Assembly: GCA_037127815.1 (NCBI GenBank)
Contig: JBAXXP010000003.1
Coordinates: forward strand, 24,096 to 88,095
Origin: a bacterium
GTDB taxonomy: Bacteria; Patescibacteriota; Minisyncoccia; Phycocordibacterales; CAIZLB01
DNA: 64,000 bases
Reading direction: 5' to 3'
This document shows positions 1 through 9,234 of this stretch, one piece after another; the stretch's first letter is position 1; each line of letters starts with the position of its first letter. Made by a program: the position numbers and the translations under genes. The notes under the pieces were generated by a model. It was not told the DNA's origin, searched no databases, and saw only the letters and a program-made list of their open reading frames with translations.

Positions 1-459
1 AATTTTGTTTGGGTATTGCCATTTCAAAAAGAATTTAGAGAATAATTCATCGTCATCTATTTCATCATTTAGCCATTTCTTTGCAAGCTCTGTAATCACC
101 ACAGAACCCTTTGACTGCAAAGCTACACAAAGACCAAATCTATTTAATATACCAGCGGCGGTTCTACCCCGACCTGACCCATCTACACTTTTGCCTCGAT
201 ATTTTTGTAATATATTTTCCACAATATGATCTTCGAGATCATCCGCTGAATCTTCTGAATACACAGCATTAATAAGAGATTCTTCTTGCAGAGTACTTTT
301 AGTTGGTTTATAGAGACGCTTTTTAATTTGTAACCCAAAAAACTTTTCTTGACCATGAATATCAAAAACCTCACCTTCCAGTTCACTTAGTGCTCTGAGC
401 ATATTTTCCATTCTTTCAGGATTCCTTATTGTCGTGTTAAAACTCCATGTTTTTGCCAT
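1..459 (-). CDS. Type IIS restriction endonuclease, AlwI/PleI/MlyI/Nt.BstNBI family (N-terminal part, gene runs off window start)
   Basis: An ORF opens at the ATG at 457-459 (minus strand) and has no stop before position 1; the ORF track missed it because it is partial. My translation is MAKTWSFNTTIRNPERMENMLRAL...GRGRTAAGILNRFGL...LKWQYPN. This matches the conserved N-terminus I remember for the AlwI family (W-x-STRPR-PEK, STRDR...KTYGF, KWQYPS in Nt.BstNBI). It lies directly downstream of a tandem methyltransferase on the same strand. Confidence 0.6.
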   Translation of the reverse strand, partial: MAKTWSFNTTIRNPERMENMLRALSELEGEVFDIHGQEKFFGLQIKKRLYKPTKSTLQEESLINAVYSEDSADDLEDHIVENILQKYRGKSVDGSGRGRTAAGILNRFGLCVALQSKGSVVITELAKKWLNDEIDDDELFSKFFLKWQYPNKI

Positions 460-485
460 ATTAACTGATATTATACATTATTTAG

Positions 486-2483
486 CTATTTATAGTTAGT
501 GATTAAAACCTCTTCAGTCAGGCTTTTACATGCTTTTGATTGGTAATTTGAGTTATTATAATTATGCCTGATTTTATTAACGATAAAACCATTTTTATTT
601 ACAAACTCTATGAGGCTACTATTTACCTTACCTTTATGCTTAATAACATTTGAAAGAGCAAATTTTATTCCACTTTTATGTAAAATTAATAATGTTTTGT
701 AAAGAGACACTTCATCATCATTCGACCACCCCCCAGATTCATTATAAGATGCAAGGCCCAATAAGTACGGAGGATCCAGATAAACAAAGTCATTCTTTTT
801 AAAATACATACTATTTAGATCTCTAAAGTCACCCACTTTAAAATCAATATTTTTATGATTTGTTATAGCATTAAAGTTTGCTAAATTTCTTCGAGAATTT
901 CCATTATAATCTCTCTTTCCTACAGGTAAATTAAAATAACCAGTCGAGTTAAATCTTATTTGATTATTAAAACCATACAAAATTAAAGCCAAAAGCATTG
1001 GATTTTTTTCTTTTATTTTACCCGAATTATATTCCTCTCTAAGTAATAAAAATGGTTTTTTGTTAAAATTCCCAAGTCCAGTAGAACTCTCACTCAAGTA
1101 ATGTTCATAACCATTGACATGGCTATGACTCAAACCATAATTTTTAATTATTTTGATAAGATTTTGATTAAGTTCTTCAAAATTCGTCGTTTTAATGAAT
1201 CGAAGCAAGTCAACAACTCTGGAATTTTTGTCTATACAAACTATCTTATTAGCCACTGCATTTATACCCACATTTGCACCACCACAAAATACGTCATAGA
1301 AAGTGTCAATTTCTTTAGGAAAATATTTAGTTATTTGTGGTAAAAGCTTGTGCTTACCTCCAGTATAATTAAGTGGAGATTTTATATAGGTAGGTAAATG
1401 TGTGTTATCCTCAGAAAACAACCTTGCGGTCTTAGAACATTTTTTCTTTGTTACCCTGCAAAAAAATATGCGCTCCTTTAAATCAGTCTTATTGGAACGC
1501 CCCGTTGTAAATTGATTAAAATCACGTTCATAAATCTTAACGCTACCCCGTCTTTCCAATGCCGATATTATCTCATGATCACTTATACGTGATTGAGATC
1601 TAGAATTACCATTGGTTCCCATATCGTTATAGGAAACCAGAATATAGCTAGCATCTATGTTTTCTATTAAATCACTGAAGGAATTTCCCGCCGATTTTAG
1701 ACTATAGTTGCTCTTAATATTTGATCTGTCCATTTTTTTTGCCACTCCATAGACCTTTTCTTTTTTCCACATAGCTATATTTTCTAATAGATGATAAGCA
1801 TCTGAATACTGTCTAGAATTATATGGAGGATCTATATATACTACATCTGAATATATCGTTTTTACTAGCTCATTTGCATCTTGTTTGTATATTTTAGCTT
1901 TATATTTATTTTCTTGAATATTTAGAGGCCTTAATTCTAAAATCATTCTAGGAATCTCTATCTTTCTATATGCATCATAATGTCCAACAGTATTAGCTAT
2001 ACGATCCAAAGCATAAATTAGAGAGGTAATAAGGTAAGCCCTTTCCCTAATGTTAATTTTATTTTCAACATAAAGATTCTCAATATCTTCCCGTATATGT
2101 CCAATAATCTTTGAATTTATTGAGTCAAAGTAGGTATTTGAAAAATTTTTTGAAAAATAATTATGTGGTATATTGCCAAACTTCAGATTATTATAATCAA
2201 CCAACTTATTCACCAAAAACTTAAGACGAATTTTTTCTTTACCAAAGAAAGCTACATAACTCTGATAATTTGATTCTAGTATATCATTAATAAAAACATC
2301 AGATTTCTTATTAAAATAGCTTGCAACGACACCAGTTCCACCAAAAATATCAGCAAATGAGGAATATTTTGCCTTCTCTTTTATTAAAATATCATTTATA
2401 AAGCTTAATAACTTTGTCTTACTGCCAAGATATCGACGTTGAGATATTGAGGTTAATTTATTTCCAAAACATGCATCTAACAT
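486..2483 (-). CDS. Tandem-fused (two-domain) N6-adenine DNA methyltransferase, Dam-like alpha class; Type IIS RM modification enzyme
   Basis: 665 aa with two complete methyltransferase modules. Each has motif I (FGGTGVV / FCGGANVG) followed by motif IV (DPPY). Double methyltransferases are typical of asymmetric Type IIS sites such as GAGTC. Confidence 0.8.
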   Translation of the reverse strand: MLDACFGNKLTSISQRRYLGSKTKLLSFINDILIKEKAKYSSFADIFGGTGVVASYFNKKSDVFINDILESNYQSYVAFFGKEKIRLKFLVNKLVDYNNLKFGNIPHNYFSKNFSNTYFDSINSKIIGHIREDIENLYVENKINIRERAYLITSLIYALDRIANTVGHYDAYRKIEIPRMILELRPLNIQENKYKAKIYKQDANELVKTIYSDVVYIDPPYNSRQYSDAYHLLENIAMWKKEKVYGVAKKMDRSNIKSNYSLKSAGNSFSDLIENIDASYILVSYNDMGTNGNSRSQSRISDHEIISALERRGSVKIYERDFNQFTTGRSNKTDLKERIFFCRVTKKKCSKTARLFSEDNTHLPTYIKSPLNYTGGKHKLLPQITKYFPKEIDTFYDVFCGGANVGINAVANKIVCIDKNSRVVDLLRFIKTTNFEELNQNLIKIIKNYGLSHSHVNGYEHYLSESSTGLGNFNKKPFLLLREEYNSGKIKEKNPMLLALILYGFNNQIRFNSTGYFNLPVGKRDYNGNSRRNLANFNAITNHKNIDFKVGDFRDLNSMYFKKNDFVYLDPPYLLGLASYNESGGWSNDDEVSLYKTLLILHKSGIKFALSNVIKHKGKVNSSLIEFVNKNGFIVNKIRHNYNNSNYQSKACKSLTEEVLITNYK

Positions 2484-2634
2484 ATGTACTCATTATAGAG
2501 TTAAGACTATTTTTTGTAAACAGACTAATCCACATTTTGCAGTTTTAATTGATATTCTTAATAGAAAATAGAAATCTAATTTACTAAACCTACAAGTTAA
2601 TCTCACTAGACTTGTATGACCTTCTACGTCATTA

Positions 2635-3972
2635 ATGATATATATGGAAACAAAAGATCAACGCCAAATTAGCCCTGATTTGAGACAAACCTTATCAAGC
2701 CCTGTAAGGGTGAAATATTGCCTTTATGCGAGGAAATCGACGGAATCTGAGGAAAGACAGATCTTATCAATAGAATCGCAAGTAAATGAGATGTTACAGA
2801 TAGCTGAGAGAGAAGGATTAGAAGTTGTGGACATTAGACGTGAATCGCACTCCGCAAAGGATTCTGGGCAAAGACCTGTTTTTAAGGAGATACTTACAGA
2901 TATCAGAAGTGGAAGATATTCAGGAATACTAACATGGGCACCCGATAGATTATCGAGAAATGCTGGAGACCTCGGAAGTCTTGTGGATCTTATAGATCAA
3001 AAATCACTTATTGAGATAAAAACCTACGGACAAGTATTCAGCAACTCCCCGAGTGATAAATTTCTACTAATGATTTTATGTTCACAAGCTAAGCTTGAAA
3101 ATGACAACAAGAGTGTAAACGTTAAAAGAGGACTGCGAACAAGATGTGAAATGGGATTATGGCCTGCCCCTGCCCCAACTGGATATTTGAATGAAAAAAG
3201 AATAGATAGAAAAGGATACGTAATGGTTGATACAGAACGTGCGCCTGTTATTAAGAAGATGTTTGAAAAGGTGGCGTATGAAAAATGGAGCGGAAGAAAA
3301 ATATACCATTAGCTTAAATTTGAAATGAATTTCAGAAGTTCAACGAGCAATAAGCCCTTAACTTTGAGCAATATATACAAACTTCTCCAAACACCATTTT
3401 ATTATGGAAAATTTGAATATCCTGTCAAAAGTGGTAATTGGTATATGGGAAAGCACGAACCTTTGATAAACATAGAACTCTTTGAAAAAGTCCGTGAGCA
3501 ACTTAAGAGATCTGAAATAACACACGAGAGAAAAGACTATGCGTTTTCTAGACTTATGACATGTGGGTTATGTGGATCAGGAATATGTGCTGAAGATAAG
3601 TATAAGAAACTCAAGAATGGTGGTACGGCACATTACATATACTATGGATGTAATAGATCAAAGAATTTGGATTGTAAATGTGGATATATAAGAGAGGAAG
3701 AGTTGATAAAGCAATTGGTTGAAATGATAGACAAGATAGAGGTTGATCAGAAGTTTATCAAAGGCAAATTTGAACAAGAACGAGAACGTATGGTTACGTT
3801 CCAAAAACAATTTTACGGAGTCAAACAATCAAAGCTTGAGATTGAATTTGATTCAAAGAAGTATACTGAGCATGTTTTGACAGAAGGGACAGTTGAGGAG
3901 AAAAGAGAGATGTTGGCAAATCTTAAGGGTAAAGTTATTATGAAAAATAAGGAAATAATTATTACGCAGTAG
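2635..3972 (+). pseudogene. Large serine recombinase interrupted by a single in-frame TAG at 3310-3312 (ORFs 2635..3312 and 3325..3972 are in the same frame)
   Basis: The N-terminal part (YCLYARKSTE...SIESQ...TWAPDRLSRNAGD) and the C-terminal part (zinc-ribbon CGLCGS...YYGC) are collinear with the intact paralog at 19034..20347. 3325-2635=690 is divisible by 3 and only a TAG separates the two ORFs. TAG is a normal stop elsewhere in the window. Confidence 0.7.
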
Positions 3973-4609
3973 ATGCAGATGGTTTATTATCATTACGCGC
4001 ATCAATAAGTACAATATTTTCACCTTCTGATATATCTAATTCTTTAAAAATTTTGCGTACACGAATCAACTCTGATTCAGACATGTATACAATAACAAAA
4101 AATCCTTTCTGTGTCTGATTAGCCTCTTTATAAATTTCAAGTTGTTTTTGAAGATTATTCTTTAGATGTTTATTTTTTGCTAATTTAAATTCTACAAGAG
4201 ATGAATCCTTGTTTCCTCTGGAAATCTTATAATCAACAGGACCTCTCCCGTTGTTGACCTCACTATCAACACTTGATTGACTACCACACCAAACAAGACG
4301 AAACATAACTTGAATATCGCTTTCTTTAGCAACGACAGAACCACTTCTTGTATAAAAAATACGATACCCATCATTTTTTTCGATTGAATCCTTTAGGTAT
4401 TTGATACGAGCCATTGCTTCTTCATACGTTGAACCTGTAGAAGCATAAAAGTCAGTCTCATCAGCAAGTTTATAGCTAAAGTTTTTTGCAATATCAAGGA
4501 ATAGAGTTTCCGATAATTCTACTTTTACCGAACTAGCATTAACAGCGTCTTCACCTCTCTCTTCTTTTCTTTTAATGTAGTAGTCTATGGCTTCAGGGAA
4601 TTTCTTCAA
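3962..4609 (-). CDS. Hypothetical protein with a possible PD-(D/E)xK nuclease-fold motif (VDYKI...VEFKLAK); only a TTG start
   Basis: The 215-aa ORF starts at a TTG with no ATG in frame. Its frame stays open about 45 codons further upstream and overlaps the end of ORF 4711..5490, which suggests a frameshifted single gene. Confidence 0.35.
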   Translation of the reverse strand: MKKFPEAIDYYIKRKEERGEDAVNASSVKVELSETLFLDIAKNFSYKLADETDFYASTGSTYEEAMARIKYLKDSIEKNDGYRIFYTRSGSVVAKESDIQVMFRLVWCGSQSSVDSEVNNGRGPVDYKISRGNKDSSLVEFKLAKNKHLKNNLQKQLEIYKEANQTQKGFFVIVYMSESELIRVRKIFKELDISEGENIVLIDARNDNKPSASTA

Positions 4610-4710
4610 AGTTTCATAGACAGCTTTGTGTACGTCTTTCTGGGAAGCAGGTTTTTCTTTACCTTTTTTTGTCTTTTCCCTATGAGGAAGTTGGCTACGA
4701 AAATAGTTGT

Positions 4711-5490
4711 CTAGCTGTGCGCGAAGTTGTTCATTTGAATTGCATAAGGAATATCTTCAAAGTGATCAAAAAGGTCTGTCTTATTAATCCATATATCATC
4801 TTTGGTCAAAATATCCCGAGGAGTCAAAATGATATAATCACCATCAATATAAGGAAGTAAATATTTACGATCCTCCCACACTTCTGTTGTGTAATTAAAT
4901 TTAACCTTACGGACAGTGATTTCTCTTAATTTTTCTTTATTAATATTTTCAACAGCAAAATCTTGAGTATAATTTAAAAGATAATATTTTATTAGATTGG
5001 TTGTAAAATCACTAATACTATCGCGACCGACCCCTTCTTTGATTAAACACAGCTTTTCTAAGTGACTACTTGTTGTTACCACTTCTTTTCCGAAATCTCT
5101 AAATATATTTTCTAAATTTCCATTGAGAGCGGAGGCGAATTTATTGCCTAAACCACGACCTCCGTTTCCATTATTAGTAAATCCAAACCAATTTTGTTTT
5201 ACTTCAGGAAAACGGTACCAAGCACTTAATAGTCCAGGATTAATTGAACTTGATGATTTGTTTTTAAGAAAACGGAGGTACTCAATTATTTCCTCGTGAA
5301 GTTCTTGATACTCTGTTTTTTTACTATGAAACAAGAGAAATGGATCTATGAACAGTGGTAAATCAGCAACGAGTGAAATATTAAAAGCTCCATATTGCTT
5401 AATCACCTCTTCTGAAACATCAAAATAATCTGAAAAGTATAATTTTATTTTGAGTTTCTGTTTTTTTTCCATGTGTAATACGGGGCTCAA
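4711..5490 (-). CDS. Hypothetical protein (possibly the N-terminal part of a frameshifted larger gene together with 3962..4609)
   Basis: 259-aa ORF of ordinary composition. No motif recognised. Confidence 0.45.
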   Translation of the reverse strand: MSPVLHMEKKQKLKIKLYFSDYFDVSEEVIKQYGAFNISLVADLPLFIDPFLLFHSKKTEYQELHEEIIEYLRFLKNKSSSSINPGLLSAWYRFPEVKQNWFGFTNNGNGGRGLGNKFASALNGNLENIFRDFGKEVVTTSSHLEKLCLIKEGVGRDSISDFTTNLIKYYLLNYTQDFAVENINKEKLREITVRKVKFNYTTEVWEDRKYLLPYIDGDYIILTPRDILTKDDIWINKTDLFDHFEDIPYAIQMNNFAHS

Positions 5491-5804
5491 CGCTCTGTGG
5501 TCTTGCCTCGATACTGCGCTGACTCGTGCTGACTGTCACGGTCTTGAACCTACGTGGTGAGACCCCACAACACACTTAGCAAACCCTTCTACTCTCTATA
5601 TGAGGCGTCTCGGTCTCTAGGCTGTTTTAATGAGTAAGGTAAACAGAGCATATTTCACCCGTCTCGGTCACTGTCTCATTTTGATATATGGACTACCTCC
5701 CTCAGTATTATTATATACGGCTATTTATCAAAAAAGAGACAAATGAGACACTATAAAGGAGATATCCGTCGGTGTCTCATTTATAAGCCAATCAAAGCAT
5801 ATAT
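5491..5804. promoter_or_regulatory. GC-elevated divergent intergenic control region with iteron/operator-like repeats
   Basis: The motif tgtctcattt is direct at about 5675 and 5773 and inverted (aatgagacac) at about 5739. The motif cgtctcggtc occurs twice. A 10-bp inverted repeat aatgagacac...gtgtctcatt lies just upstream of the start of ORF 5805. It sits between divergently transcribed genes. Confidence 0.35.
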
Positions 5805-6449
5805 ATGGCAGTATCAGATAAATTAGTAGAAGAAATTAAACAATTAGCAAAGGAGAAAGGTGAAGAAATGGATGACGCAAAAGCTCGTGAAGGTGCTGAG
5901 AATTTAGTGGGTTTCTTTGATATTTTATGGAAACTTGCAAAAGAAGATTCAAAGAAAAAGAAAAGATTAAAAACAGAACCAGATGGATTCCCTGTAGATG
6001 GGACATACACCTGTCTTGTCTGTGGTAATAGAATAGATGAAACAAACGGATGGTATGACTGGTATGGTCACACCTGCCTTATTTGTCGTAAGGCAGTTAA
6101 AGATAAAACTATACCAACGTTCATCTTTCAACACAGGAATAGTTATTTTTCCATTTCGAGTTTAAATTACACTTTTAATATTAAACATCAGACCGCTAAG
6201 AAGTATATAAAGGAAGGTAAATTAATTCCAAGGATTATTTTAAATGACGACGGGACACCGCATGACTATATATTTCTTAAAAAAGAAAATCCTCAACTAA
6301 TTGAGAAATATTCTCCAGAGAGAAAATCATATGACAGACACAGATCTAAAGTTTCTGACGCTTGGTCTAGAAAAGCAAAAGCTGAAATGAAAGAAGAATT
6401 TAAAAAACATCAAGAAAGGATAAAAAAGATTACAGAAAAATATCGCTAA
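5805..6449 (+). CDS. Hypothetical zinc-ribbon protein (CLVCGN...HTCLICR), lysine-rich C-terminus
   Basis: 214-aa ORF with a Cys4 motif. Convergent with the terminase-like gene, with a 4-nt overlap. Confidence 0.45.
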   Translation: MAVSDKLVEEIKQLAKEKGEEMDDAKAREGAENLVGFFDILWKLAKEDSKKKKRLKTEPDGFPVDGTYTCLVCGNRIDETNGWYDWYGHTCLICRKAVKDKTIPTFIFQHRNSYFSISSLNYTFNIKHQTAKKYIKEGKLIPRIILNDDGTPHDYIFLKKENPQLIEKYSPERKSYDRHRSKVSDAWSRKAKAEMKEEFKKHQERIKKITEKYR

Positions 6450-7501
6450 TATTTCTCACCTACATTTGGTATAACGGTCTTGCCATCCCAGCCATCAGGA
6501 TCATCAACGGTTTGATCCTTATACATAAGCCTGCCTTTAGCCCATAAAGGTGCGGATATTTTGAAATGCTCTTTTTTGGTAGCCGTATTTGTTATTGGAT
6601 AGTCCACATACTTTAATTTATGCACAGAGTCTCTAACTGATGAAATATTCAATTTATAGTCCCTATCAAACATGCGGTACAGGTCATTGCCTTGTATGTC
6701 AGGTAAATCATCTCGTATTTTCTCAACGTCTTTGATTGAATATCTTTGTGGCCACAATATTCTGTTTTTATTATCAAGTAATGGATATGCATAGTACTTA
6801 CCACGAAGCTTGTTCTTTACCATGAGTTTTTTCAATCGAATCATAAGTGAATCATAATTCAATAAATTTCCAAGTACTACAATGTTCGTATTTTCATCTC
6901 CAATCGACATAATCTCATTTAAAAACCACTCATAGAGCATATTTCTTTTATTCTTGTCTTGAACCGAAACAATATCCTCCATATCGTCACAGATAATCAA
7001 ATCAGGTCTTTTGTTTTTATACTTTAATCCTCTAATGTTTTGAAGTGAACTAATACACATGATTTTTGCACCATATAGAGGTAATTCAATAGAGTATGCA
7101 CCCCACTCTGTTGTACTTGATTTGAATGGACCAAGATCCTGCTTGAGTAATTCATTATCTTCAAGCTCAGATTTTATATTTTGAAAATGTGCTTGAGATT
7201 GAAGTTTACTTTGACTAACTATTAGTACATTTTTCTTTTGGTGTTTTCCAAGAATCGCCCACATCACATTTGAAAGATTAAGAATTGTGGATTTACCAGA
7301 TCCACGAAACGACATCACAACATTTAATTTTTCATCATATTTTTCAGTCATACGAAACATCTCTTTATGAAAGAACGCATACGGATAGTTTATGTGGTGC
7401 GCAAGATAGATACTACAAAATGCCTCATGTGATTCTTTCACAAGTTTTCTTCTGACGTTACTATCAGAAATTATATTTTGCAGTATCTTTTCTTTATCCA
7501 T
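6446..7501 (-). CDS. Phage terminase large subunit-like ATPase (ATPase domain only, no recognisable nuclease domain)
   Basis: Walker A VMSFRGSGKST and Walker B-like DLIICDDMED. The N-terminal FHKEMF...motif is typical of TerL. At 351 aa it is about 100-150 aa shorter than a full TerL. Confidence 0.5.
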   Translation of the reverse strand: MDKEKILQNIISDSNVRRKLVKESHEAFCSIYLAHHINYPYAFFHKEMFRMTEKYDEKLNVVMSFRGSGKSTILNLSNVMWAILGKHQKKNVLIVSQSKLQSQAHFQNIKSELEDNELLKQDLGPFKSSTTEWGAYSIELPLYGAKIMCISSLQNIRGLKYKNKRPDLIICDDMEDIVSVQDKNKRNMLYEWFLNEIMSIGDENTNIVVLGNLLNYDSLMIRLKKLMVKNKLRGKYYAYPLLDNKNRILWPQRYSIKDVEKIRDDLPDIQGNDLYRMFDRDYKLNISSVRDSVHKLKYVDYPITNTATKKEHFKISAPLWAKGRLMYKDQTVDDPDGWDGKTVIPNVGEKY

Positions 7502-7522
7502 ATGTGTTCTTCGAAAAGGCTA

Positions 7523-7909
7523 TTAAGTAAATAAGACTAGAGCACTTTTCAGCGTCTTCTCTTGTTCTTTTGAAAGAGGTATTTCTTTCCTTGGTTTTAG
7601 GAGAGAATGTTCTTTTTCTTTGAGTAAAAATCTTTGATGATTATGACGAAGCCAAAACTGTACGGCTTGAAACTTTTTATCTTTAATGAGACCAATTAGC
7701 TGTGATTCTGTCATGTCATTTATCAATTCAATACCGTCTTCGATAGCTTGTTCTGAATCCCTTAAAAACTCAGGATCTTCATTCCTCCACCTATAGTAGG
7801 TTGCACGAGCTATGTTTGATTTCTTACATGCCACTTCAATAATTGGTATTGATCGAATGTGTCCAAGCAGTCGATCCTTATCCTTTTTTGTCGATTCTTT
7901 TTTAGTCAT
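7523..7909 (-). CDS. Small HTH protein, terminase small subunit-like
   Basis: 128 aa with an HTH (KKSNIARATYYRWRNEDPEF). Immediately upstream of the TerL-like gene on the same strand. Confidence 0.4.
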   Translation of the reverse strand: MTKKESTKKDKDRLLGHIRSIPIIEVACKKSNIARATYYRWRNEDPEFLRDSEQAIEDGIELINDMTESQLIGLIKDKKFQAVQFWLRHNHQRFLLKEKEHSLLKPRKEIPLSKEQEKTLKSALVLFT

Positions 7910-7911
7910 GG

Positions 7912-9234
7912 CTAGTTAATTTTCTTACGCTTCTTGCCAGTCTCTTTCTCCCAACGATTCATAATTACTTCAGCATAGACATGAGATTTTTCCATGATAA
8001 AGCAACGTCGACCCATCTTCACAGATGCAATTAAAGTACTTCCGCTTCCTCCAAACGGTTCAAGAATTAAATCGTTTCTTTTCGTTAATACTTTAAGGTA
8101 TGGAATAAGTAGCTCTAGTGGTTTTGTGCCAAAGATAATTTCTTGCCCTGATGATTTTTTATCTGCGGCGGTATGAGATATGAAATCAGTTGGACATATC
8201 TTCTTTCCTTTTTCATATGGTTCAAAATGTGGTTTACCTGAAGTGGCAAAGATTGCATTCTCATATTCATTTTGAAACAATCCCTCCTCAGGCTCAAGAT
8301 TGAGATCTACTTCTCCTGAAGTTCCAACAAGTGCAATATCTGTCTTATTGAAAAACTTATTTGAAGCAGAAAAACCTTGCATACGATTAGGAACATGCCA
8401 AGTGATTGTGTTTCTATATTTCCAATGTACTTCGAGTGCATTCCAGATGGTTCTAAGGTTTTTTGGATTCTCAAAGATAATGATTGAGAAGTCAGGTTTT
8501 TGTACCTTTGCAACATTTGCCATCCAAAGATCCGAGAAATTATCAGGCAAGACATCAGTCTCTAAATATCTGCGATTCTTCTTTGATCCAAATCCAACTG
8601 TTGGACCATCCTTACCTCGACCTTTACCTTTTAAATAGTCTAAGATATATGGTGGATCAGTTAGCACCATATCTACCTTGTTATCTCCCATTAGTTTCAA
8701 CATATCGGCTTCTATTGTGGAATCGCCAATCATTAATCTAGAGTCTCCGAGTTCATAGATATCGCCCTTTTTTGCTTCAACTTTAATGTCGAGCTTATCG
8801 AGTTCTTTTTGTAAATCAAATTGCTCTTCATTTTTCTCGATTGGAAATATGTCATCAATGTCTTCTGAGGTAAAACCAACATCAAGAAGAATTGAGCTAT
8901 CAAACTCAGCGAGCATCTCAAGATCAAATTCTCCTTGATTGCGATTAAGTCTGAGGTTAAGTTCAAGCTCTTTTTCAAGAGGTAAATTCACAAATACTAC
9001 TGGCATATTTTTATATCCAAGTTCCTTGCATACATCAACCCTAAAATGACCTCCAACAATTATCATCTTTCTATCTTCGTGATTATTTACAATAATCGGA
9101 TCAACATTACCGAAACGTCTAATACTTTCCTTGAGCTGTTCTTTTTGCTCCTTACTCCACTTGCGTGGATTTTTATCATTTACCTTCAACTCGTCGATTG
9201 AGACGTACTCAATCTTTAAACTTTCTTTATTCAT
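7912..9234 (-). CDS. ParB-like nuclease domain fused to an N6A/N4C DNA methyltransferase (beta class); phage-type orphan methyltransferase
   Basis: The N-terminus has a ParB-N motif (KNPRKWSKEQ...GGHFR). The methyltransferase motifs are DPPY (IV) then FGGSGST (I), in beta-class order. This fusion is frequent in phage genomes next to terminase genes. Confidence 0.8.
   Translation of the reverse strand: MNKESLKIEYVSIDELKVNDKNPRKWSKEQKEQLKESIRRFGNVDPIIVNNHEDRKMIIVGGHFRVDVCKELGYKNMPVVFVNLPLEKELELNLRLNRNQGEFDLEMLAEFDSSILLDVGFTSEDIDDIFPIEKNEEQFDLQKELDKLDIKVEAKKGDIYELGDSRLMIGDSTIEADMLKLMGDNKVDMVLTDPPYILDYLKGKGRGKDGPTVGFGSKKNRRYLETDVLPDNFSDLWMANVAKVQKPDFSIIIFENPKNLRTIWNALEVHWKYRNTITWHVPNRMQGFSASNKFFNKTDIALVGTSGEVDLNLEPEEGLFQNEYENAIFATSGKPHFEPYEKGKKICPTDFISHTAADKKSSGQEIIFGTKPLELLIPYLKVLTKRNDLILEPFGGSGSTLIASVKMGRRCFIMEKSHVYAEVIMNRWEKETGKKRKKIN

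Noticed and set aside
1733-1740. A8/T8 run inside the Type IIS methyltransferase gene, considered as a phase-variation tract
   Set aside because: Runs of 8 A/T are expected by chance at this base composition, unlike the G11 tract in the pilin gene.
2635-3972. Considered stop-codon reassignment (an alternative genetic code such as code 25, or TAG readthrough) to explain the in-frame TAG in the recombinase
   Set aside because: TAG terminates many clearly complete genes here (dnaX, gpmI, hsdR, hsdS, the methyltransferase). TGA terminates msrAB. ORFs over 1000 codons are intact under the standard code. A nonsense mutation or sequencing error is the simpler explanation.
7994-8978. Several 60-110-aa ORFs on both strands inside the ParB-methyltransferase gene, with similar nested ORFs inside hsdR, hsdM, KAP, the helicase, rpoC and other long genes
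   Set aside because: They are fully contained within much longer, well-supported genes, and are low-complexity or hydrophobic artefacts of AT-rich sequence.
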